A stretch of DNA of 62,697 bases, counting the filler, from Choristocarpus tenellus KU-1152 (lineage: Eukaryota; Protista; Phaeophyceae), in the NCBI GenBank assembly GCA_964200185.2. It is 8 parts of 8 records of this genome, joined end to end, with 100 filler letters (N's around TTAATTAATTAA, not from the genome) between each part and the next. Parts side by side here need not be neighbours in the genome. Positions count along the whole stretch, not along the records: positions 50,896 to 62,697 come from CAXNAD020002133.1; 7 more parts are not named here. One strand, 5' to 3'. Position 1 is the first letter of the stretch. Every line of letters starts with the position of its first letter. Shown here piece after piece: positions 50,896 through 62,697 of the stretch. Made by a program: the position numbers and the translations under genes. Under the pieces are notes generated by a model. It did not search any database. It saw only the letters and a program-made list of their open reading frames with translations, and had not been told where the DNA came from.

Positions 50896-52004
50896 GTGGA
50901 CTCAGTACGACTGGTGGGGCGAGAGACAGGGTTGGCAGAACAGGGGGAGGCTGCAGCCCTTCGCCTGGAGATGGGTTTCTCTGCCATTCGTGCTGCTGTT
51001 GCCCAGGCACAGTCTGGGCTCATTACAGGTGATACAGGACGATGGGCTGGAGTAGGACCTGGCAAGAGGGTGGCATTCCTCGAATGGCTTCAACCACTTT
51101 TCAATGGGGGTCACTGGATTCCAGACATCATGCATGAAGCTGGGGCAGTGTACACAATGTCCAATGCAGGTGATCCACTTGTAAGCACTACTTACTGTAT
51201 GTATATAAATGGGAAAGAGACAAAGAAGTTTGGGGTTTCTGAGCCACATGGAGCCTGGAGTGTTGTTTGCATAGTCAGAACAGTAGGTGTGTGTTGCGTG
51301 GAAGCCACTAGCCTCTTTGACTATCCTCAATTTCGAGCAGTTGGTTGAAAAATGTACACTTCTTAGGGTCATTGACCACTTCACTATAGTTTGTACCTAT
51401 GCCACAAGAGTGTACAGATTTCGAAATTTGATCAGTTGGTCAAGATAAGAGGCTTCTGCAGGTTACCCACCAAGTTGCATTGGACATTGTACCAGGTCAG
51501 AAGAGTATACAGATATCAGAGGAGGAGCTGGTGCAGTATGATCCCGATGTGGTTTTGGTGGCCCCTTGTGGCTTTGACCGTGCCCGTGCCCACGCTGATG
51601 CTCAGACAATGTGGAGGCACCATTGGTGGGTACAGCTGAGGGCTGTGAAAGAGGGACAGGTGAGGGAGCTAAGTAGCCGTTGACTGATGAGCTGTAAACA
51701 CAGCTACATCACCCTTGCCAACATGATTTGACCTCGGTCTACTCAGAGCTTATGTAATGCGCAATAGGTGTATGCTCTGGATGGAAACACCTATTATGCT
51801 CGCCCGGGTCCTCGTCTTCTCCAAGGGTGCGGCATCATTGCACGACTACTCCATGGGGACAATGTTGGGGACAATATTGGGGAGGAGATTGCTCCAAGGA
51901 ATTCATGGACTGTTGTGCATCCTCCTGAAGCTGTGGCCGAGGAGGACAGCAAGGATGGACACCTAGAAGACAAAATGTCTGGAACGATGGAGACGACTGG
52001 TTGA
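50896..52004 (+). CDS. BtuF-like cobalamin/Fe-siderophore substrate-binding protein (TroA/Peripla_BP_2 superfamily), 5' part missing; exons <50896-51169, 51496-51659, 51768-52004
   Basis: RVAFLEWLQPLFNGGHWIPDIMHEAG...YDPDVVLVAPCGFD...WWVQLRAVKEGQ|VYALDGNTYYARPGPRLLQG are the motifs of the bacterial cobalamin-binding ABC SBP family. Two GT-AG introns are present. Confidence 0.88.
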
Positions 52005-53895
52005 ATATCTTTGTCAAGAGGCGTGTGTACATACTTCAAAGAATGGAGAATATGCTAGAAACTTCCCTGTTTTCCCAAACCTAAGACAGACCACCTATCA
52101 ATACTTGATGGTGTAGATTTCAACAGAGGATCAGTCTCATAAAGAACTACCTGCAACAATATAAGCTGCAGTTCTGCAACATGAATGCGGTGTTTGACAT
52201 CAAGTATTTCCTTACCACGTTGATGTAGCTTAAGCGCAGAACAATTCAGGTAACTTGTGACATACATAGCGCCTTCAAATATATATTGCCCAGGCACTGT
52301 TGGTACCAGTGATGAGGCCATGGCAAAACATGTTGCATGTCTTAGCAATCATTGGGATTGATAGCAAGTCAGGACTCCAGAAGACCAAATGAACCAAGGC
52401 ATTGCACTATCTAACTGGTAAGTTTTGAGATCACTGCTGTGTTCCACTGCCCTCACAGTATCAGAAACAAGTTGAGAGTGGTCAAATGGATCTTCATCAA
52501 GACATCCAAAGGAACATCAACTTTTTGCAGCTAGAAACGAGACATTCTTTTGCAATACACTCATTCGTTCCACATTACTCAGCATTTTCATCTGCGTTCC
52601 CAAATAGTTTTGTGATGAGAAAGGTATCTCCCACGCATTTACTGATACCATCAAGTCAACTTACAACGAAATATTTCCCTGATGAATATACCATACCCAG
52701 CTGGACAAAGATGGTTGAGCCTTCATGTAAAAACGATAAGCAAGACAGGAATGGAAGTGACCCTAACCCTAAACCCTAAGTTTGTCGCTGAGTACAAATA
52801 AATTCCAAAACAATATAATTTGGGTAGAACCCATGGAAATCAACTATTACTTGAATGCCCAAATGGTCTGGAGGTTGGGTCATCATTGAGGTAACTTCCC
52901 CAAAATAGTCCAAAATTAATCATCTGCAACACGGCAAGCTCTCTTTACATAAATGAAAAGAACCGCCATATATCTGCTTTGATTCACAACTTGGGTAACC
53001 AATCCATTGTCAAAGAAATTGATGGTCTACAAATATTTGAATTTGTACATCTTGCCACTGCCAGGTGTCTTCAAAAATGAATCATACTGAAAATCCACAG
53101 GGCAACTTAAGGCCAATATCAACATTTCCCACAATGGCAGTGTTGGTGTTGATCGTGTCACTCACTCAACCTGCACTCTCTGCAACTACATCAGCAACAC
53201 CGCTTGCTTCATCAATGTGGGCAAGGACAGCTCTCAGATGTGGCATTGACAGTACAACGCTTCATCCCTCACCACAATTTTAAAACACAGCAAGCAAATG
53301 GCCCCTATCAGTAAAGCGATTTTACATTATGACTCCAGTACCAAGGTATGGTCATAACTTACCTAATGTTTCACTGTTGCCATCTGCTTTTGATCATTTG
53401 AATTCAGCTTACCTCCCCCCTCCTCACTCGTACACATTGCTTCTCCCATAACAATGGACAGTTAGTTACCCACCTATTTGTTGCAGCTTGACTCATGTAC
53501 ACTGCTCAAGGATTGATGAAGTGATATGGTGGAATGACATTTGTAAGCACGTTCTTTTGTATTTACACTACAAAATCAGTGCCCATTTTAATTTGCAGCC
53601 TGTTTTCTATTATATTCTTTCATCCTTCCTAAGAGTTTCGTTAAATACTTCGATAGATGGTCATTCTACCATGTGCAAGTGCTCCTTCCAAAAGGTCAAC
53701 ACACCAACCAGAATGGGATCATTTTAACACAAGCTGCAGATCAAGAAAAAGGAGCCAGCACATGATGGCACTCAGGGGTAACCAAAACTGGCTGGAGACA
53801 AATACAAGCAAGTTGCACAAGCCAGGAGGGGTGCAGGTCCAAGACCTATGTTAAGGTCGACGGCAAATTATCATCCATCATGGTAATTCTGCAAC

Positions 53896-56800
53896 TCAAT
53901 TGCTCAACAAGTTGCCCACACTACTGTGGAAATGCCCAAGCGTCATGATGCCATTTTCATCACAGAGTGGAGATTGTAATGGCATACCATCTATCTCTAC
54001 CCTCAAGATGGATTTGTCTCCCCTCCTACTTGTCCTCTGTTCATCCGAATCTATGGTTGAAACTTCTTTACTCTGCCCCAAACCCAAGTCAGTGGTGTCC
54101 TTGCCCACACATATCTGCGGCTTTGAACCCAGCACCTCCAACATGATAGTTGATCCATAGGGAGACCAGTAGCCCTTCGCTTTCTGGAATTAAGACAGAT
54201 GCAATATATGATATGAGTCAGGTAGAGCAGACAATACAGCGTAATATGTTTGAGAAGCAGTATAGATTCTCCAAAAGAATATGATGTGCAGTGTGACAAA
54301 AAATACTTCTCCAAGTTACAACCATTGCTTCAAGGTCAGGAACATAGATCGGGTTCTAGTAAATATGACCTGTGCAACACACAACAATCATACTCATAAG
54401 ATTGTCTTCTCATCTCATCTCACCATCATAGACAAAAGATCTGTTCTTATACACACATTCATGCCACAGCGCAATTAGTGTACGGTTATGATCCAATACA
54501 TTATTACTTTCACTAAACAGAAATAAATTTCCCGAGGAACATGAGTGAAAGTATCTTAGAGGGTACAAGTTTTGCCCTGTTTGTCCATTTGGGGCTTGGC
54601 TTCCCTCAGGGTTTCTTATGACATTTTCCTGCACCAAAATATATCGGAGTAGGTAAAATGTATACGTTATGAAAAGGTGTGTCCGGAACAAGGATATTGA
54701 CACTTCTTAACAAACACAATAGCCAAAATTTCATCAAAATTGCAATATTGGATTGTGGACCCCAAATGGACGCGGCTCTACCCTCTAAGATACTTTGGCT
54801 CACATGGAGCACAATCTGAGGAACAATCTATAAAAGCAGGGGAGAGTTAATAGCTTATCTGTGGGTTTTTAATGGTGCAAATTATACAAGGAGGATGAGG
54901 ATCACAAAGTAAAAAAATTGGAGAAGGTATCACTAGTATGAGTATTGGATACTTCAGACCATATCTGAACCAGACAAGCACCTAAATCAGCAGACACTGC
55001 AAATGTGAGAGTAATGAGAAAACCCACCACCAGATCTGACTGCAGCGCATAGAGGAGGCTCATGATAGTCACGTCATGGCAGCTGAAGCATACAATGTCC
55101 TCTACACCCATGGCTGGGCTCTTTGCACCTGACCCAACTCTGCTGGCCCGTTCAAGTATATTAGATAAAAGAGACCTAAACACAGACATATGGGCAGCAA
55201 TGTGAACCAAAAGTCAGGAATGATACAGCCATGAAAGGATAGATAGGTCACAAAAGGAAACTTTGCCTACACACCGTCAGTATGTCCTAGACTGGTACCA
55301 AGGTAACATATCTGTCAAGCCTTGATGCAAACCTCCAGGTATCCTACTTTGGAGCATGATACCCAAAACAGGTCTGCAAGAGGAAATGCCATTCATACCT
55401 TGCATGGTGTTGATGACACAATTTTGACTTTTCACAGGCATACAGATACAGATTTCAAGAGGAATGCCACAATTCCCCAGTTCAGCTGCATCAGAGTAAC
55501 TCTAGAGGTTCTCTGGAGTTGCAAGATGCCCCACCATTCTGAAGACATAGCCATTGTTATCGGCAGGAGAGATATTACCCTGAACAGCTATCTCAAAAGA
55601 CTTTACATGTATTTCGAATTAATCAACGACAATATTCGAAGGGGCATCCCTTACTCCGGGTTCTTCACCTCCTTTGGACAGGCTCTAAACCCTAATCGTT
55701 GACTGTTTCAATCAAACTTCAATTCTGGCTTTGCTTTCAAGCACCCACACTCGTTTCTCTACAAATCAACCAATAAAATAGCAAAAACAAGAACATTGTC
55801 AAGCATGCATGCTCACCCACCCTGACATTGCCCGTAGCAGTTCCCTATCACCGTAAAATTGACTGAAGCGCCATGCCAGATGTTCTATTGTGGCAGAGCT
55901 GAGGGCCCCCAACTGTGCTGGAACATCTAACCCATGACTCTGGGCACACCAGAAGTAGTCTGCTGCCATCATCCACCTGTGAGTTTTGGCATTTTAAGAT
56001 AAGAAAATGCTTCTGTGTCAAGAACCTGAGTTTAGTACTGAAATATAGTTTAGTACTGAGATATAGTTTAGTATTGAAATATAGTTTAGTATTGAAATAT
56101 ACTGTGTACCAAAAAAAAACAAATCTCTCCCTACATCTAAGCATATTAACAACCCTCCCAATGGCAAATGATGAGAAGAGAGACATCCTTAATTCATTTC
56201 TGCTGGTGTACCCTCAAATAACAATATTAAAATCAATTGCAAGTACTACAAACAAAACATACTCAAAGTACTCAGTGATGATCCTTCTTTCACAGGTAGG
56301 AAAATTAACCCATGGACCAAGGTGCCCTCTCACCTAAACCGTCCGTCACTTTCAATGGGGAACACCATGGGGGCAAGTTGGTGCAGTGCACTCTTCAGGG
56401 GGCCCCCAACAGCCTCTTCAATTTCCTTGAATGATGCCCGTGCCTCCACACCACGCATCAGCTGTCAGTGTACAATGGGAATGGGAGTCATTACTTGTGT
56501 TGGGGAGGAACACACAGAGAGACTGAGTGGAATACTGATGTCCCAAGGGTCTCCCACATTTGTTTGTCACTATTTAAAATAGGCAACAACTATTGTTTAA
56601 CATGGCCCACGTTGCTTGGGTCATATTTTTTAATTGTGGGTGGGGCAATAAATATCTCACCTAGGTGTTTAGGATTGGAAGATCAAAAAACATAGGATTG
56701 ACCTCCACCAGATCATTCCAAACTCAGCCTTGAAAATTGATTATGAGAAGATGACACTTCAAGGACAACAATAGTGTCAAAGCAACACCACACCAATCGG

Positions 56801-59505
56801 AAATGACTAAATTTTTACAGTTATATGTCCTTCGAAATGAATAACATGACAGCATGAGAATATCACATACCACGATTAAGTCAACAATATGGGTGGCGAT
56901 CTACTTGCTACTTTGTAATGCATGGACCATATGTAGGGTAAGAAAAACACTCATAAGTAAGGTTTATCTATGTCCCAAATTCGGTTTACTATGAAACTCT
57001 TCTTATCCGAAGTGACCTGCACATCTACCCAACACACATCTACCCAACACCTGCTCCCTATCAACTGGTCAGAAACAGTTAGAAGTCGAGCCTTTCAAAA
57101 AATTGAACGCCCAAACATTCTTTCACAGTTTCACATTAATCTCACCATAGGTTTGACATCCACTTATTGCTCTACATTCTCACCACCCCTACCATCATTT
57201 CTGCCATGCATAACTTGTTCCACATTGCATAGGAGCCTATCAGCTGCATGTAACTAGGTTCCACAACTTGAACTGTGTGGTTGAATGCACAGAAATTTGT
57301 AGACATATGGGACGTATCCTGACCAAATAAATATATATATCATACTTGCCTCCTGCATGTTTAAAATGACAGCATGCTACAGATTTGCCTCTGCTAATGC
57401 CCCAAACAAAACAGTTAACATTAGCAGTGACAATAGGGCAGAACTGTTCCCTGTCTAGAATTGCTGCAAATCAACCTCCATGGTCAAATAGAAGATATCA
57501 TTAGTTCCTAGTGGCAGACTACTGCATCACCAATCATTCAGCCACAATAAACATTGGTCTGTAGTCTCTACTTCAAACCAACTTTACAACCCCTTTACAT
57601 TCATAATTGTATGTTATATGGATAAAAGCTAGATGCACTCCACAACACATTATTAGCACACTTACATCAAAACATCAACCGCAACCATCTTTCAGAAAAT
57701 GTTGACAGTCAAGCCTGAGGGGTTACACTACTCTCATGTCATCTCCCCACGCATGAAAGCCATATACTGAAGACTGAAGTATGGTCACTGTGCAATAAGT
57801 ATGACCATACTTATTCGTTGAGCGTGGAGTCACATTGATTTGCAAAAAGACATGTCTTAGAATGTACATGCAAAAAGAGTATCAAAGAGCACTTTGCCCT
57901 TCGCTAAGGTTGCAATCTAACAGACAATCTAACAGACAATCTAACAGACACCACTCTGTGTGCACGCGATCCTTCTGTCAACAACCACAACCTTACAACC
58001 AAGTAGAAACAGAAGAAATCTGATTGGTTCTCAAAACCAGCCAAACGTTTCAACTGCAAATTTTTAGTTTACTTGCAACCTACTGTACTGTACCCGGGAA
58101 ACATCGAGTACACTCTGTCCAATACAAGGAGCATTCCTCTAGTAGTTAGTGGTAGACTATGACGAAGTACTAAAATAGTAGTTTCCAACCCTCATCTACC
58201 CCACGGTACCAACTTGTCCATTGCCCACATTGTTTGCCCATTTTCTTCTCACCCTAGTCATTTCTGCCCCTTTACTCTCAAAATTGTTCAGAAAGTTATC
58301 CTCCAATGGCATCACCACCACGGGAACACCACCACGGCCTGCCAACATTCCATCCAACAGGCCCTGAGCGGAAAGCTGTGTCCTGTGGTAGTTTGTCGAG
58401 AAAGCCTCAATTCTTGAGAAGAGTCACACAAGAAACAATGGAGGAATTAGGGGCAAGGAGTAACGGTGGCAGGGGGGGGGTATTCAGTGAATTGCACATA
58501 GAACAAAGGAGAGGTTAGGTTTGGGACATATCGGGTGATTATGTACGAAGAAAATGTAGATCTGGAGTTCACTTCGTTCCTCCTTACACTCAGGGACAAA
58601 TTGTGGATGTATTTTTTCAAGAAGAAATTGGTCTGATTCTAAGTTTTCTCAGATACTCCAATTAACTCAATAGCATAAACATACTGGAAGGGTGGAGAAG
58701 ATCACTGCGCAAGTGAGGGTGAAACACCATTTGTACCTTGTCTTTCCGAGGCCATGCTCGCAATATCGAAGGCGAAGATCCTTTCCAATGTGGCGCAAAT
58801 GATTTAAACCCAAAGAGGTGAGACAGCCGAAGGGAGCTGAATGCTGCTTGGGTGATGTCGTGTCCATCGACACATTGGAAGAGTTGGCGCATGGCCGATA
58901 GAGAGAGAGAAAGACAGAGAGCAAGAAGGTCCAGCAAACATGCGTAAGCCTGGTATTCGCTACGGCATGTAGACAGCACAGGTTGCCGCTGTCAGCAAAG
59001 ATTGTGCTCCAACGTTATGGGGTACGTTTGAGCTGGTCGCAACCGTATCCTGCAGCAGGACTTGAAGAACTCAATGCTCGCACCGCATCACGTTGAGACT
59101 CCATGTTTGGGAGATCGATGGGATATAGCTGACCCAAACGCTGCAGCTCGTGCAAGGGTACCATGCGTTCTCGCCACCATGCAGCATCCAGGTCCTTCGT
59201 ATGATCAAACTGGCCACCTTGTCCTACCGTTGGAAGTTCTTCGTCTGGAGCATGCCCACGGAGCGGTGAGCGATCTCCATGACGATGCAAGAGGATAACA
59301 CATTCTGGCACAAGATCTCTGCGCGGGATGGCAATTGTGGTTAGATACTACAAAGTTGAAGGTGACCTCAATCGCAAGATGCAGAAATGTCATACTTGTG
59401 AACTCAAGAGCCCATTATCCATACCACGTGAACTTGTGTACTTATTTTTCCATGGTGCCACTCGCACCTCTCAGCGACCATAGTATTTTGGTAGTGACCA
59501 CCCAT
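53896..59505 (-). CDS. Histidine acid phosphatase (branch 2), ~419 aa; exons 59505-59468, 59318-59084, 58843-58737, 58412-58253, 56461-56334, 55976-55821, 55175-55028, 54183-53896
   Basis: Motifs RHGDRSP, PFGCLTSLG...IGKDLRLRY, STNYHRTQLSAQGLLDG, FSCHDVT and WSPYGSTIMLE. Introns are GT-AG with consistent phases. Confidence 0.9.
54543..54801. mobile_element. MITE family A copy 3 (TSD ACAT) in the last intron of the phosphatase gene
   Basis: acat|gagtgaaagtatcttagagggtac ... ctaccctctaagatactttggctc|acat; reverse-oriented relative to 17436-17693. Confidence 0.9.
56029..56100. repeat. 18-bp tandem repeat x4 (agtttagta(c/t)tga(a/g)atat), intronic
   Basis: Direct inspection of the sequence. Confidence 0.85.
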
Positions 59506-59949
59506 AGAAGCATGAGGGACGACCCGCCTTATCATCTTCAAAGCCTGTCTTCCTTGTCCTCCCTTTCTTGCAATGAGAAATTTGTAGTGTTTATGGAAAA
59601 ACTTACCAATATTTTTTAATTATTGAAAGATAGAAGAAGACAGAACTCAGAATTTAGATCAACTGTAATAATGTGGTGGTAGTACAAAGAAAAATTGTGA
59701 ACAAAAACTTGACAAAGGGTCTCTTTATTGTTGAATTTTCAGACGAACATTTCATTTTTGAATGTTGAACATGGAGATAGAGTAAGTACGGACCAGTGAG
59801 TCTCAATCAACGCCTCAATACACCCCTACTTCAGCGTCCCCATTAAGGACACCTGTACGTTTTTCGATGGTAAGGATGAGAAATCTCTGGTGAAAAGATC
59901 TCCGACCAGGACAAAGTTGTTGGCATCAGTACACATCACGTGAAAGTCG

Positions 59950-62300
59950 ATGGGTCCTCTTGTTAAGTCAACTTTGCCAATCACCGTGGTGCTGTCGTTG
60001 ACTGTCTTGGCTCGCGGCGTTGATCTACACTCTCGAGCTTTTGTTTCCTCGGTGAGCTTATTGAGTGGTTGTAACCGTGTTCATTCAGGCGGGAATGTTC
60101 GCAGTAGCGACAGGCCGACTGCGTTCTCACCATTTGGACCCATCGTGAGGGTAGTCTCGAACATGGCCCGTGATTATGAGGTGTGTGTGCCCCACCATGT
60201 GGAAAAGGTTGCAAGGTCAGATTTCAGGTGTCGGAGTTGTTGGGACCTCTTCTATTAAGTTGTTGGACATCTATTTTATGTTGAAGTTTCTCTTGCTGTT
60301 CTCCCTCCATCGCTGTGTCTCCCGCCTTATCTGTCACAAGGTTGAGTTCGTCGAGGATTGTAACTCCAACGAAAGTGCACATCTATTTGGAAACCGTGCC
60401 AGCAAAGCAAGGTGCGTGAGAAGGTTACCTTTTCTTTTTACTCCTCTCCCCTACGCGACATTTACAGTGCAGACGTTACCTTTTTGCAGGCTCGTTGTGC
60501 TTTGACTGCTTACACATATTTTAGTGCGTATGCTGGGCGAGGACTAAGGGTGCCAGGGAGAAGTTAACAGTTTGGATGATAATGAATGGTCACCCCTTCG
60601 CACACAGCCGCAATGATTTACCTTCCCTCTCTTCCTCCTTCAACCAGTACATATCGTGGGGGTTGGAGATCCCTGAAATTGTCCACCCAGAATCAAACGC
60701 GTTGGGAATGGCCATTACGATGGTTCCGCGAGCCCCACGTTATTGAGCCGTCAGAGCAAGCAGATTCAGCCCCTCCACATTCACAAATGGTTCTAGCAAA
60801 GGCAAAAAAGAACGATCTGAAGACAGGAGTGATGACCCGTATCTGCTTCACTTACATGGCATCCATGGCCATGAAGACAGCCATCCCTGCTCTGCTCCCC
60901 ACCATTGCTGTTGTGAGTGTCTGCCATGTTAAACATGTTCTTCGGTCTTTTCTTAAGTTATTTTCTATAGCGTGGAAGGGGAGGAAATGCAGGGCTTTAC
61001 GCCGGATCGGTTAACTGTGACAAAGCCGGACCGTGTGCCCGTTGCGGAAATATGTTTTGCAGTGCCAGACCAGGGCTTCAACCACCTCAGTGAGGACCGG
61101 GTTTCAGCTTGGTCGGACCAGGCCGGGAAATTCACGCGCGAACTGCGACTTGTTGTGTGCATTCCAAACTTTGAAGCAGATATGTTGAGCGTACGATATA
61201 TTGTGCCATACATCAAACATTGAAATTGTAGGACGGTAGCAATAATAGTGTTTATAAAACGGCCAATTTGTGTATCCTTAGGAACAGGCCGGAGCTTCAA
61301 GAATCTTTCAACTGGACTGGGCCATGGTCTGACCCCATTGAGACATTTCAAAAGGGCCAGGCTGTGGACTGGCCGAGTTAACTGCCAGTACAGTGTAAAA
61401 CTCCCCGGTGTCCATTTGATGTTTGCTTCAGAATATTGCTGTGGCATTTTCAAGGAGGTAGAGTCTATTTCTTCGCTTAAGTCTGTCAGAAAAGATATTG
61501 TGCTGTTTGAATACACCTGTCTGATGCTCTGGGGCTCTTATCCATTTTAATGACATAGATCAACTGCATCGCTGCCGCTCCCACCACATATGATTCTAGA
61601 ACTGTTTCCTGTTCTTGTTTTTGAAAGTTCTATGTGTACATTGTTTGATTCTTGTTCCTGAAAGTTATCGTTGGTATACCAAGGGTGCATACCTTCCACT
61701 TGACTGTCACCCTTCAATCTCACCTGTAATCTAGATTTTTCACCTCATCCTTTCTTCCTCCCCGACTCCCCTCCCTAGTCCCTATTGCTGCCATCTCCAT
61801 CTTCTCATTTCCCTTGCAACTCCTTTACATATGATCTACACCTCACTCTCACTCTCTTGTTCTTGACCCTCATTCCCTTACCTCACTTCTCCCTCCGTGT
61901 CTTACTTGTATCTTGTTTGTGTGCATGAAAACCCCTGTTTTGACTGTGAGAACAGGACACCGTACTGATGCCTCAAGAGGGACAGCTGGTAAGATGTTTC
62001 CTTCTTGTTTTTTGGGTTCATCTCGATCTTTGAGATCTAGTGTGTTTGCATTGTCTTGTAGGTTTTCTGGAGGTACAAATTGTGAAGCAACAGGCCAATC
62101 TGAGGCCTGAATGCATTTTTTTCTTATCTGAGAGACAGTGTTTTGAGCTGGAATCCTATGAATCGACCATTTCCCTACTAAACACACTTACACCTTGCCC
62201 TCCCAAAATGCTTTCACATACCAGACCTTGGCAATTGGCCTGGGTACTTTAGGAGCACTAGTTGGAAAGTTTTTGCTGGGCATTACCTCCGATAAATTTG
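59950..62300 (+). CDS. MFS transporter (GlpT/UhpC/SLC37-like) with a probable bipartite plastid-targeting presequence, 3' part missing; exons 59950-60180, 60341-60411, 60648-60912, 61956-61988, 62225-62300
   Basis: Signal peptide + SRA|FVSS; TM1 ICFTYMASMAMKTAIPALLPTIA; then LAIGLGTLGALVGKFLLGITSDKFG (MFS motif A G...D.FG). Introns are GT-AG and phase-consistent. Confidence 0.7.
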
Positions 62301-62697
62301 GTGAGATTAAGAGCAAGGTCTTGAGAGTGAGGTGTCTAGGACTCAAATTAGAGCAAGGGTTATCTAATGGACCCATCTCATCCTTTATTCTGCTGCAGTG
62401 AGTGACAAGCAATGGTGTTAATTTGGAATAATCTAGTACATAATCTAGTATGGACCTGAAGCTCTGGACAAGAGCGATATTTCAATGCAGTTGTGCTGAT
62501 GGGATTGTGTCCTAAATAGTAGTTTGACACCGTTCTTCAGTCACTGCACTACTGTGGTGATTCTGTCTGATGCAACAGTTGAGTAGACCACAGATCATGC
62601 GCCTCATATAGAGTGCTTTGTATAATTGTGCTCTTAGTAAGCATACCTTTGCCTGGAAACTGCCTCCACACCCTCCCTCCCCCCCCCCGGTCTATAC

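Noticed and set aside
32054-52004. A gene cluster spanning cpn60, TM9SF and the BtuF-like gene
   Set aside because: The genes lie on different contigs separated by artificial spacers.
60965-61550. Longer ORFs (183 aa minus, 100 aa plus) inside the MFS intron
   Set aside because: They have no recognisable motifs, overlap on both strands, and are probably chance ORFs.

Overview
This is eukaryotic, intron-rich DNA with GT-AG introns, abundant poly-G/C tracts and short (CCCTAA)n runs. It is most consistent with a stramenopile alga, probably a brown alga; that assignment is inferred from gene content and style, not proven. The window is not one locus. It is eight contigs joined by artificial 100-nt spacers (N44-TTAATTAATTAA-N44), so adjacency across spacers means nothing. 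Genes reconstructed by hand from splice sites and reading-frame phase: a TMEM131-like fragment, NAA10 (complete), SDHAF4 (complete), an unknown 209-aa protein, the 3' half of a Cpn60 chaperonin, the 3' end of an unknown gene, the 5' half of a TM9SF/EMP70 gene, the 3' part of a bacterial-type BtuF-like substrate-binding protein with spliceosomal introns, a complete histidine acid phosphatase, and the 5' part of a probably plastid-targeted MFS transporter. The unknown 209-aa protein has a possible TIR/flavodoxin-like alpha/beta pattern and ends in a CaaX box, and its last intron holds a 30 x 30-bp variable tandem array. The phosphatase and MFS transporter are head-to-head. Positions 7.7-18 kb are a transposon graveyard: RLE-clade (CRE-like) LINE 3' ends with a terminal hairpin and (TAA)n tail, RTE-like LINE, Copia and Gypsy remnants, a foldback element, and GAG...CTC-ended MITE families nested in the Gypsy. 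No rRNA, tRNA or CRISPR array was seen.
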